63,695 nucleotides of DNA from an uncultured virus (IMG/VR IMGVR_UViG_3300021389_000006) (taxonomy: Duplodnaviria; Heunggongvirae; Uroviricota; Caudoviricetes). Below the pieces are notes generated by a model, which had not been told where the DNA came from, did no database searches, and saw only the letters and a program-made list of their open reading frames with translations. How positions within the stretch are numbered: position 1 is the first letter of the stretch; the number at the start of each line of letters is the position of its first letter. The stretch is from IMG/VR virus record IMGVR_UViG_3300021389_000006; one strand, written 5' to 3'. This document shows, in pieces, positions 38,867 through 46,622 of the stretch. The position numbers and the translations under genes are program-made.

Positions 38867-39247
38867 TTATTGTTTTACGAGTAGATCATTGGTATCAAAG
38901 GAGAAATATTGTTCTCCAAATGTTTCTCTGTTAGTGAATAACCAAAAAGGATCATCATCAACATAGATCATATCAATGCTACCATTTGGATTTGGTACAT
39001 AATATACCGCTACCTCATATACATAGAGATAGTCATTAGATGTTGGTAACGCAGGCAAACAGTTGTTAGTTGGCCACGTTATATTTTCATCAGTGATAGT
39101 TGCCTCATATTGGTAAACATACATATCATTCACACATGCTGCAGATGTTATATTCATTGAGCCATAAGGACAAACTGGTTCTAACTCTTCTTTGACACAA
39201 GAAGACAATGATAGGATAAGGCCTATACCTAATAGTAATTGTTTCAT
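38867..39247 (-). CDS. Lipoprotein
   Basis: Signal peptide with lipobox LSSC followed by VKEE. Confidence 0.8.
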   Translation of the reverse strand: MKQLLLGIGLILSLSSCVKEELEPVCPYGSMNITSAACVNDMYVYQYEATITDENITWPTNNCLPALPTSNDYLYVYEVAVYYVPNPNGSIDMIYVDDDPFWLFTNRETFGEQYFSFDTNDLLVKQ

Positions 39248-39590
39248 AATTTTTGCTTTTTATATATTTATTCTTATTGAGGATATTCCGGGTACTATGT
39301 CTATTATCCTATAGAGGAAGAGAGACATAATACCCTTATTGCATTGTTGAGTGTAATAGCTACACTTGTAGTCACGTTAGCTATATTTATACTTATAGTA
39401 GCAATAATTATTCTTGAGTGGTAAAAGGTGGTAATTTGTGGGTATAAGACCACCTATTCACAATGACACACACATTTGAATATAAATAACCAATTTAATT
39501 AGTTATTTGCTACAAAAGATAGCTAGGGAGCAGATTACAGTAAAATAGTAGAGCAGATAGCAGTAACTATGCTGCTAATGTGTCTAAACT

Positions 39591-39622
39591 AAAAAAAACA
39601 ACCAGACTTTTACATCTGGTTG
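39591..39622 (-). terminator. Intrinsic terminator
   Basis: CAACCAGA/TCTGGTTG stem followed by T8 on the minus strand. Confidence 0.75.
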
Positions 39623-39636
39623 CTTTGTTCTTAAAC

Positions 39637-39969
39637 TTATGCTGATGCCTCAACCCATCTTAGGTTGGTTTCTTCACCTGTGTTTAAGTCTATTACTGGA
39701 TTGTCTGACAACTGAAAGCCTGGCATTTCATCACCTTGGTTCAGTTTGTTTTGCAATGCTTTAATAGTTGGATGCTTTGCACCCATTACCTTGTTTGTTT
39801 CAGGGTCTATTAGACTTAGAACTCCAAAGGTTACATTACTACTTGTTCTCAGAGCAGTTTGCATTCCTGCAATCTCTCTCTTTGTTGATGAGATAGGCTT
39901 GTCTGTTACAATGATTGTAGCTGTGCCTGTGTTCTCATTGATTCTTAATTTTCTAAAGAATACACTCAT
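39637..39969 (-). CDS. First gene of the minus arm, hypothetical
   Basis: Likely start MSVFFRK at 39969 after an A/T-rich leader; followed by a terminator. Confidence 0.75.
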   Translation of the reverse strand: MSVFFRKLRINENTGTATIIVTDKPISSTKREIAGMQTALRTSSNVTFGVLSLIDPETNKVMGAKHPTIKALQNKLNQGDEMPGFQLSDNPVIDLNTGEETNLRWVEASA

Positions 39970-40206
39970 AATTATAAATATTAAATTATTAATTTGTGGA
40001 TTACTTACGGGGGTATCCCTGCCACAAAAATTAGCTGGGGAGCAGAACCATAGTACCTTCTGTCCACGCAAAACACACAACTTTTTGGTGGGGGAAAAAA
40101 TTTTTTTATATCCGGTGGGACAACATTAGTTGAGTGAACACTTTTATAAAATCTAAAAAATGACTATATTGTTCTTATAAAAGAGTTACTAACTAAATAT
40201 TGAGAC

Positions 40207-40518
40207 ATGGGAAATTGGGATGATGATTCAAATGAGGAGCATGGTGGCTTGAGTGAGATAGAGCAAATGCATCTAGATGCAGTATTATTAGAAAGAGCAT
40301 ATAGCAATGCTTGGAGAGTATTGTCCGGTCAGACTACTTTTGATATGATGATGCAATCCCAGTTTGATAAAGGCGTGGAATTAATAATGCCTTATGATCC
40401 AAAACATGGACCAAAAAAAGAAGAGTTAGAAAATATGATAGCATATTACATAGATACAGAAGAATATGAAAAATGTGCAGTGTTAAATGAAATGTTAATT
40501 GAAAAGTATGGCCGTTAA
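40207..40518 (+). CDS. Hypothetical protein with UVR-like C-terminal motif
   Basis: YYIDTEEYEKCAVL. Confidence 0.7.
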   Translation: MGNWDDDSNEEHGGLSEIEQMHLDAVLLERAYSNAWRVLSGQTTFDMMMQSQFDKGVELIMPYDPKHGPKKEELENMIAYYIDTEEYEKCAVLNEMLIEKYGR

Positions 40519-40705
40519 AAAAAAGAAAAAAAGTACCGTAAATAGTAGTGGAAACTATACTAAACCGGGAATGCGTAAAAGATTATTTAATTCAATCAAA
40601 GCTGGAAGCAAAGGTGGAGCACCAGGACAATGGTCTGCACGTAAGGCTCAAATGCTAGCTAAACGTTATAAAGCTAACGGTGGTGGATATAAAAGCAAGA
40701 AGTAA
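40508..40705 (+). CDS. Basic protein, DUF5872-like N-terminal half
   Basis: NYTKP.MRKRLF..IKAGSKGG.PGQWSARKAQMLAKRYK..GGGYK. Confidence 0.75.
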   Translation: MAVKKKKKSTVNSSGNYTKPGMRKRLFNSIKAGSKGGAPGQWSARKAQMLAKRYKANGGGYKSKK

Positions 40706-40893
40706 TGAGAAAAAAGATCTTAACAATATTATTTTTAATGACTATGCTAAGTTGTGGACCAACTAAACCGTCATGGGAAAGAAAAGAATGCTGTAAAGAA
40801 GCAAAGGTCACTCAAACTGATCATGCTATTATGGGTATACTTCTTTCAGGATTGATATTATTTTCATTACATACTTTTACTAATGCAAGATAA
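40705..40893 (+). CDS. Small lipoprotein with C-terminal TM helix
   Basis: Lipobox MLSC; C-terminal AIMGILLSGLILFSL; TAATG coupling on both sides. Confidence 0.7.
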   Translation: MRKKILTILFLMTMLSCGPTKPSWERKECCKEAKVTQTDHAIMGILLSGLILFSLHTFTNAR

Positions 40894-41135
40894 TGGCAAA
40901 GACTAAACAACAAAAAAGTCTTACTAGATGGACTAAGCAAAAATGGAGAACTGCTAGTGGAAAGAAAAGTTCTGAAACTGGTGAGGTATATGCACCTGCT
41001 AAGACTATTAGTAAACTAAAAAGTACAAAAAAAGGTAAAAAGAAACTAGCTGCAGCAAATGCCAAAAAGCGTGCTGCTACAAAAAAAGGCAAGCAACATG
41101 CTAAGCATGGATTGCATAAAGGAAAAAAACGTTAA
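40893..41135 (+). CDS. Lys-rich protein, DUF5872-like C-terminal half
   Basis: QKSL.RWTKQKWRT.SGK.S..TGE.Y.P...I..L...KR...KKGKQ. Confidence 0.75.
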   Translation: MAKTKQQKSLTRWTKQKWRTASGKKSSETGEVYAPAKTISKLKSTKKGKKKLAAANAKKRAATKKGKQHAKHGLHKGKKR

Positions 41136-41150
41136 TCTAAAAATAAAAAA

Positions 41151-41483
41151 ATGAGTACAATATTACAAGACATGATGGGCATGTTAAGACAAAAAGGTAC
41201 AGTTACTCCAAAAGGAGATAACTATATCACAGTAGCTAGGTATCCTAACCCACAGGAGAGATTAAAACCTCAGCCAAAGTTACAAACAGAATTAGTAACA
41301 CTAACTCAGTTAAAAGCATTTACTGATCAGAAGTTAAATGCTATATCTGGATTTGGTGTACCAGCATATAAAGATGATGCTGCAGCTGGTGCCGCAGGAC
41401 TAGCAGCTGGAAGTATATGGCAAACAGATGGTACAGGTAATGCACCATTAAATGCTGCAGGAATCGTGATGATCAAACAATAG
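41151..41483 (+). CDS. Small putative virion decoration protein
   Basis: Shared N-terminal domain plus YKDDAAA..AGL..GSIWQT motif. Confidence 0.7.
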   Translation: MSTILQDMMGMLRQKGTVTPKGDNYITVARYPNPQERLKPQPKLQTELVTLTQLKAFTDQKLNAISGFGVPAYKDDAAAGAAGLAAGSIWQTDGTGNAPLNAAGIVMIKQ

Positions 41484-41485
41484 TC

Positions 41486-41776
41486 ATGGCAAAGAAAAAA
41501 GATAGTAGATTAACAAGAGCTGGAGTTTCTGGGTATAATAAACCTAAGAGAACTCCTGGTCATCCTAAAAAGTCACACGTTGTTGTAGCTAAAGTAGGAG
41601 ATAAAGTTAAAACTATTAGATTTGGAGAACAAGGTGCAAAGACAGCTGGTAAACCTAAAGCAGGTGAATCATCAAAAATGAAAAAGAAACGTGCATCATT
41701 TAAAGCTAGACATGGTAAAAACATTGCAAAAGGCAAAATGTCTGCTGCATATTGGGCAAATAAAGTAAAATGGTAG
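41486..41776 (+). CDS. Basic protein (DUF6321/DUF5754-like)
   Basis: NKPKRTP.HPKKSHVV..K.GDKVK.IRFG.QG...RASFKARH...AAYWA.KVKW. Confidence 0.75.
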   Translation: MAKKKDSRLTRAGVSGYNKPKRTPGHPKKSHVVVAKVGDKVKTIRFGEQGAKTAGKPKAGESSKMKKKRASFKARHGKNIAKGKMSAAYWANKVKW

Positions 41777-41934
41777 AAGTATTAAAACATTTTTTTGGAT
41801 TCTGTGGGGAACATTGGCATCCAAACATTTGGACGTTTGCAGCATCAGCACCAATAGTTGGACCAGCCATATATTATATTAAATGCAAATGTGGTGGAAT
41901 GTTTACGCACAAGAAAGACTGTAAAAATAAATGA
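41770..41934 (+). CDS. Small Cys/His membrane-associated protein (54 aa)
   Basis: Manual translation MVEVLKHFFGFCGEHWHPNIW...CKCGG...CKNK. Confidence 0.6.
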   Translation: MVEVLKHFFGFCGEHWHPNIWTFAASAPIVGPAIYYIKCKCGGMFTHKKDCKNK

Positions 41935-42197
41935 TTATGAAGCAGAATGAGTTATTAAAATTAGGATTTAAGAAGGTATCTATAGATGATGAAGATAATA
42001 CCTCTACTGATTTCTTTTACTATGAAAGATCTTTTGGTCAATTAGTATTTCTTTCTGGAGATAATGAAGAAGCAGAAAGAGATGGATCTTGGTATGTAAC
42101 TACACCATGTCAATCTTTAAAATTCCGTAGTTATTCTGAACTCAAAAGCGTAATAGATATATTTGTCCGTAATCAAACTTTGGAAATAATCCAATAA
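41931..42197 (+). CDS. Hypothetical protein
   Basis: ELLKLGFKK...FFYY pattern; ATGA coupling. Confidence 0.7.
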   Translation: MIMKQNELLKLGFKKVSIDDEDNTSTDFFYYERSFGQLVFLSGDNEEAERDGSWYVTTPCQSLKFRSYSELKSVIDIFVRNQTLEIIQ

Positions 42198-42258
42198 ACT
42201 TTTTTTATTTAAACTATTTTTATATATCTTTGCTAATATTAATTTAAAATATTAGAAG

Positions 42259-42558
42259 ATGTCTAAAAAATCAACAACCCCGTTAAATGAGACTGATCCT
42301 CAAATGAGTAAAGAGGAAATGTCTAAGCGTAGAGAAGAAATCACTGAATTTTACAAGGATAACATTCCTCATCTTGAAATACAAGCTGACTATGAGATGT
42401 TATTAGCTGCTATTGAAAAAGCAAGAGCTGAGCGTATGCAAGCACAAATGTTTATGGCTCAACAGTATGCTGCACAGAAAGAAGGAGGAGTAGACCCAAA
42501 CTCTGAAGAAGGCAAAGCATTTCAAGAAGCAATGGCTAATGCAGTCAATAAAGAGTAG
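42259..42558 (+). CDS. Helical hypothetical protein
   Basis: TATCTTTG at 42225-42232 upstream. Confidence 0.75.
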   Translation: MSKKSTTPLNETDPQMSKEEMSKRREEITEFYKDNIPHLEIQADYEMLLAAIEKARAERMQAQMFMAQQYAAQKEGGVDPNSEEGKAFQEAMANAVNKE

Positions 42559-42560
42559 AA

Positions 42561-43499
42561 ATGAGACAACTTAAAAGAGGTGATAAAGGATCTGATGTAA
42601 TAACACTGCAAAATAAATTGGGTATACTTGCAGATGGACACTTTGGACCTGTTACTGAAAAACATGTTGAAAGATTTCAATTGAGCAACAACTTACCTGT
42701 TACAGGTATAGTAGGAAGTGATGATTGGGTTATTTTATTAAATGTAGAGAACTTAGATATTGATCAAGGTATTACAGAAGATACTGATGTTAATAAACAA
42801 TATTTTAGAACTCCATATAATCAAATAATTCATAGACACTATTTACCTGATGGAGAATACATCAAAGGTAATTTTAAAAATGAATATATTTTTCTGCATC
42901 ATACTGCTGGTGGTTCTGATCCTTATAGATGTATTGACCACTGGGGTAGAGATACCAGAGGTAGAATAGCTACTGAATTTGTATTAGGTGGTATTAATCA
43001 TAGAAATGGAGATGATGAGCATGACGGAGTTATGGTTCAAGCTTTTCCTGAAGGTAATCAAGGTTGGCATCTAGGTAAAACTGGATCTGGTTGGATGAAC
43101 CGTCATTCTGTAGGTTTAGAAATATGTAATATGGCTTATTTAGAGCATGACTCAGATAAGAACATTTATAAAACATATGTCAACTCCAAATGTCAAAAAG
43201 AACAGGTTATAGGGCTTGATCAAGCTTTTAAAGGTAAGTTATTCTGGCATGCATATACTGAAAAACAAATTAAAGAAACTGAAAAGTGGATTAAATGGAT
43301 TGGTGAGAGAGATGAAATAGATATTAGACTGGGACTTAAACAATTCATAAAGAAGCATGGACCTACTAAAGGATTTGACTTTCAGATGGATGCATATCAA
43401 GGAAAAATAAAAGGGTTATTAACACATACCAATGTTAGGAAAGATAAGAGTGATTGTTATCCACATCCTGATTTTGTTGATATGATAATGAGTTTATGA
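42561..43499 (+). CDS. Endolysin: PG-binding domain plus N-acetylmuramoyl-L-alanine amidase
   Basis: LKRGDKGSDV..LQ..LG..ADG.FGP.T...V..FQ; LHHTAG, SVGLEIC, THTNVRKDKSDC.P. Confidence 0.9.
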   Translation: MRQLKRGDKGSDVITLQNKLGILADGHFGPVTEKHVERFQLSNNLPVTGIVGSDDWVILLNVENLDIDQGITEDTDVNKQYFRTPYNQIIHRHYLPDGEYIKGNFKNEYIFLHHTAGGSDPYRCIDHWGRDTRGRIATEFVLGGINHRNGDDEHDGVMVQAFPEGNQGWHLGKTGSGWMNRHSVGLEICNMAYLEHDSDKNIYKTYVNSKCQKEQVIGLDQAFKGKLFWHAYTEKQIKETEKWIKWIGERDEIDIRLGLKQFIKKHGPTKGFDFQMDAYQGKIKGLLTHTNVRKDKSDCYPHPDFVDMIMSL

Positions 43500-43500
43500 T

Positions 43501-43872
43501 ATGGCAATAGTACAAAAAGTAGAATTAAAACTTCAGACTTCTTTGGACACTACAATGAAGTATCAGATAATGACCTATTGTTTTTTCAAAGATATACTTA
43601 TAAGTAATTCTGATTTAAAATTTTTAATGGAATTAGCTAAAGTTGGTAGAATTGAACTAACTAAGTTTTGTGAAAGCTTAGTTGAGAAAGGGATTTTTAA
43701 AAGTCCTCAATCTGCTAGGAATGCTATTACTAAAGCAGAAAAGAAAGAATTACTTGCTAAGCAAGGAAAAAATAAAAAGACTATTATTCTTAATGATGAG
43801 ATCAATGTCCAAAAAGATGGTTTAGTGTTATTGGATTATAAAGTATTAGGAAGTGAACCCAAAGAGTCATAA
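43501..43872 (+). CDS. Putative winged-helix protein
   Basis: FKSPQSARNAITKAEKKELL.K; adjacent to the IHF-like gene as in crAss-like phages. Confidence 0.55.
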   Translation: MAIVQKVELKLQTSLDTTMKYQIMTYCFFKDILISNSDLKFLMELAKVGRIELTKFCESLVEKGIFKSPQSARNAITKAEKKELLAKQGKNKKTIILNDEINVQKDGLVLLDYKVLGSEPKES

Positions 43873-44209
43873 AGAGTTTAAGAAAGGCCTTGCTGATGAG
43901 GTGGGTGTTCATCAACAAGTTGTAGATGATATTATAAGTTTTTATTATGCAAAACTTAGAAGCAATTTATCTAACCTAGTTTTTCCTAGATTACTAGTAG
44001 AAGGATTAGGTACATTTTATTTAAGAAAAGGTAAATTAGAAAAGGCTATAAAGAAAAATAAAAGTATCTTAGGTAATTTAACCAAAAGGACTTATGTAGG
44101 ATTTGCAAAAAGTGAAGATATTCAAAAGAATATAGAACAAATGGAGAAAGCACTAAAGCAAATGGAAGCAGATATAATTAACAAAAAGAAATTTAAGAAT
44201 GGCAAATAG
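43853..44209 (+). CDS. HU/IHF-like protein
   Basis: LADEVGVHQQVVDDIISFYY...LLVEGLGTF. Confidence 0.75.
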   Translation: MNPKSHKEFKKGLADEVGVHQQVVDDIISFYYAKLRSNLSNLVFPRLLVEGLGTFYLRKGKLEKAIKKNKSILGNLTKRTYVGFAKSEDIQKNIEQMEKALKQMEADIINKKKFKNGK

Positions 44210-44534
44210 TTGGAAAAAATATTTAGATGTGTTTAAGAATGCAGATAAAATTGCAGAAGGAATATCTAATACTCTATTTAAGAAAGAACATGTTGAAGCT
44301 GTTGCCACAGATAGATTTCAGATTTGTATTAAATGTTCTTTATTTGATGCTAAAGGTGATGATTGTTTAGCACCAGGTACACAACCATGCTGTGCAGATT
44401 GTGGATGTAGTTTAGCATTTAAAGTAAGATCATTATCTAGTGAATGTCCTAAAGGATTTTGGGATGCTGTAGTAACAGAAGAACAAGAAGAAATAATTAA
44501 TAATCAAATAGAAAATGGAAAAACCACTGACTAA
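44199..44534 (+). CDS. Cys-rich zinc-binding protein
   Basis: R..IC.KC...C....CC.DCGC.L..KVRS....CPKG.W. Confidence 0.75.
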   Translation: MANSWKKYLDVFKNADKIAEGISNTLFKKEHVEAVATDRFQICIKCSLFDAKGDDCLAPGTQPCCADCGCSLAFKVRSLSSECPKGFWDAVVTEEQEEIINNQIENGKTTD

Positions 44535-44703
44535 AGCACAAATAGTAGGAGAGCTACTAGCAGAAGAACAAATAAGTGCAGAAGAAGCAATAACATTGCT
44601 TGAGCCTGCACAAACAATAATTTATAATCTACAAGTACCACAAGAAGAAGTTGTGAGTATGCCACCTTTTGGTAACATGTGGACAACTAATATAACAGAT
44701 TAA
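44515..44703 (+). CDS. Hypothetical protein
   Basis: LL.EEQISAEEAITLL. Confidence 0.65.
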   Translation: MEKPLTKAQIVGELLAEEQISAEEAITLLEPAQTIIYNLQVPQEEVVSMPPFGNMWTTNITD

Positions 44704-45521
44704 TGGCTATTACATTTAAAGAAGAAGGACACCTATATGAGAGCATTGATGATGACAAGATCACATGGCTTAGTGTTACCTCATTTATAGGTAAGTTTAA
44801 ACCAAAGTTTGATAGAGACGGACAAGCTATCAAATCTTCTAAAAACAAAAGGTCCAAATGGTATGGTATGACACCTAAAGAAATAATTGCTGCATGGGAT
44901 GGTGAGACAAAAAGAGCAATAGACTTAGGAAACTTTTATCATAATCAAAGAGAAGCAGATATGTTAGACTTTAAAACCATATCACGGCATGGTGTTGAAG
45001 TACCTATTGTTAAACCAATAGTAAATGATAGTGGTATTAAATTAGCACCCAATCAGAAACTATCTGAAGGAGTATATCCAGAACACTTAGTGTATTTAAA
45101 ATCATTAGGTATATGTGGCCAAGCAGATGTTGTAGAAGTAGTAAATGGTTATATAAATATTAATGATTATAAGACAAATAAAGAAATTAAGAGTAAAGGT
45201 TTTACTAATTGGGAGGGTATAACAAATAAAATGTTTAGACCTGTTAATCATTTAGATGACTGTAATTTGAATCATTATAACCTACAGCTCAGTATTTATG
45301 CGTATATTATTAAAAAGCACAATCCTAAATTAAAGATAGGAAAACTTACTATTCAACATGTTAAATTTAAACAAGTTGGAGAAGATAAAAATGGTTATCC
45401 AATTAATGAACATATTAATGGAGAACCAGTATTAGAAGATATAAAAATATATGAATTACCATATTTAAAAGATGAAGTGAACTCATTAGTGATGTGGTTA
45501 AAAGATAACTTAAAACAATAA
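44703..45521 (+). CDS. PD-(D/E)XK nuclease
   Basis: H.Y, SVTSFI, GN.YH, PEH, GQAD, DYKTNK, YNLQLSIY. Confidence 0.85.
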   Translation: MAITFKEEGHLYESIDDDKITWLSVTSFIGKFKPKFDRDGQAIKSSKNKRSKWYGMTPKEIIAAWDGETKRAIDLGNFYHNQREADMLDFKTISRHGVEVPIVKPIVNDSGIKLAPNQKLSEGVYPEHLVYLKSLGICGQADVVEVVNGYININDYKTNKEIKSKGFTNWEGITNKMFRPVNHLDDCNLNHYNLQLSIYAYIIKKHNPKLKIGKLTIQHVKFKQVGEDKNGYPINEHINGEPVLEDIKIYELPYLKDEVNSLVMWLKDNLKQ

Positions 45522-45524
45522 ACT

Positions 45525-45806
45525 ATGGCAAAAATACCTTTTTTAATACCCAGATATGTTGAGGTTACACAAGTAATACCCAAACAAGTTACAAATCCAG
45601 TTACTTTGGTACCTGAAATATCCTATAGGGATACAGAACCTTTATACATAGATAAAGCAAAAATTTTAGCTGTAGGTAAAGTTCCAAATCAAAATTTAAC
45701 ACAAGTATCTTATGTTGGTCCTAATGTTTTTTTACTTAAAGAAAGCTATCAAGAGATCAAAGGTTTCATGACTGCAATTGATTGTGGTGACTTATGTAAT
45801 GAATGA
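45525..45806 (+). CDS. Hypothetical protein
   Basis: Tightly packed ORF. Confidence 0.65.
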   Translation: MAKIPFLIPRYVEVTQVIPKQVTNPVTLVPEISYRDTEPLYIDKAKILAVGKVPNQNLTQVSYVGPNVFLLKESYQEIKGFMTAIDCGDLCNE

Positions 45807-46324
45807 TGTTAGTAAAATTATTTGATATACAAAACAGCAAACTAGTGGTAACAGAGCATTGTTATGCATTACCATTTTTGAAAAGCATTATGGATGAATA
45901 TCCTGATACACACATGCAAGTGTATCAATATTTGTTTTATATGACTTGCCCTAATCCTGATATGAATCCTTTTTTTAATTTGCCTGAGCATGAAAAAGAA
46001 GATATTATTATAGAAGAAATAGGACTTGAAGAATCACCAGAAGATTCAAAAATTAGATATGGTATGGATATGTGTAAGAAGTTATATGAAACTCCCACAT
46101 ATAGAGCATATGTAGGTATTAAATCTATGTTAGATAGATTAGCTAAGTATATGGAAGTTACAGCTATAGAGCATGGAAGAGATGGTAATATGAACTCAAT
46201 GATTAATGCAGCTGCTAAATTTGAGCAGATAAGACAATCATATAAGGGTGCTTTTACTGATATGAGGAATGAACAAGAAAGTTCTGTACGTGGAGGAGCA
46301 GGGCTTGCATATGATCAAATGTAA
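45803..46324 (+). CDS. Pre-terminase protein (candidate small terminase)
   Basis: Helical; ends VRGG...AYDQ; close upstream of terL. Confidence 0.55.
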   Translation: MMLVKLFDIQNSKLVVTEHCYALPFLKSIMDEYPDTHMQVYQYLFYMTCPNPDMNPFFNLPEHEKEDIIIEEIGLEESPEDSKIRYGMDMCKKLYETPTYRAYVGIKSMLDRLAKYMEVTAIEHGRDGNMNSMINAAAKFEQIRQSYKGAFTDMRNEQESSVRGGAGLAYDQM

Positions 46325-46343
46325 ATAATTAAAACCAAATAAA

Positions 46344-46622
46344 ATGAAGAAAAAAGTAGTAGTGCCAGTAGGAATGAAGTTATTAATAAAGGAAATTAAA
46401 CCTGAAACTAAAACTGCATCAGGATTATATTTACCAGAAATGGCACAGAAAAAAACCTTTCAAGGTGAAGTAGTTGGTAAAGGAGATGAAGTTAAAGAAA
46501 TACAAATAGGAGATGTGGTACATTATGCAGATCATGCAATGCCTACACCAATGACACACAATGGTGAGCAGCATTTATTATTACAGTTTGGAGATGTATA
46601 TGCTATCATAAGAGATGAGTAG
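46344..46622 (+). CDS. groES: GroES-like co-chaperonin
   Basis: P.G.KLLI...ETKTASGLYLP...GEVVGKG......IGDVV.Y...G...LLL...DVYAI. Confidence 0.9.
   Translation: MKKKVVVPVGMKLLIKEIKPETKTASGLYLPEMAQKKTFQGEVVGKGDEVKEIQIGDVVHYADHAMPTPMTHNGEQHLLLQFGDVYAIIRDE

Noticed and set aside
39970..40080. N-terminal extension of the 39637-40080 ORF (similarly 1921, 4090, 38364 starts)
   Set aside because: The extensions run through regulatory DNA or neighbouring genes; internal ATGs have better A-rich contexts.
39250..40206. CRISPR array or iteron array in non-coding gaps
   Set aside because: No regularly spaced direct repeats seen; the Cas4-like nucleases are stand-alone phage enzymes.
42147..42162. CGTAATAGATATAT as a fourth copy of the upstream element
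   Set aside because: Needs a gap and a mismatch and lies within a coding region; not distinguishable from chance.
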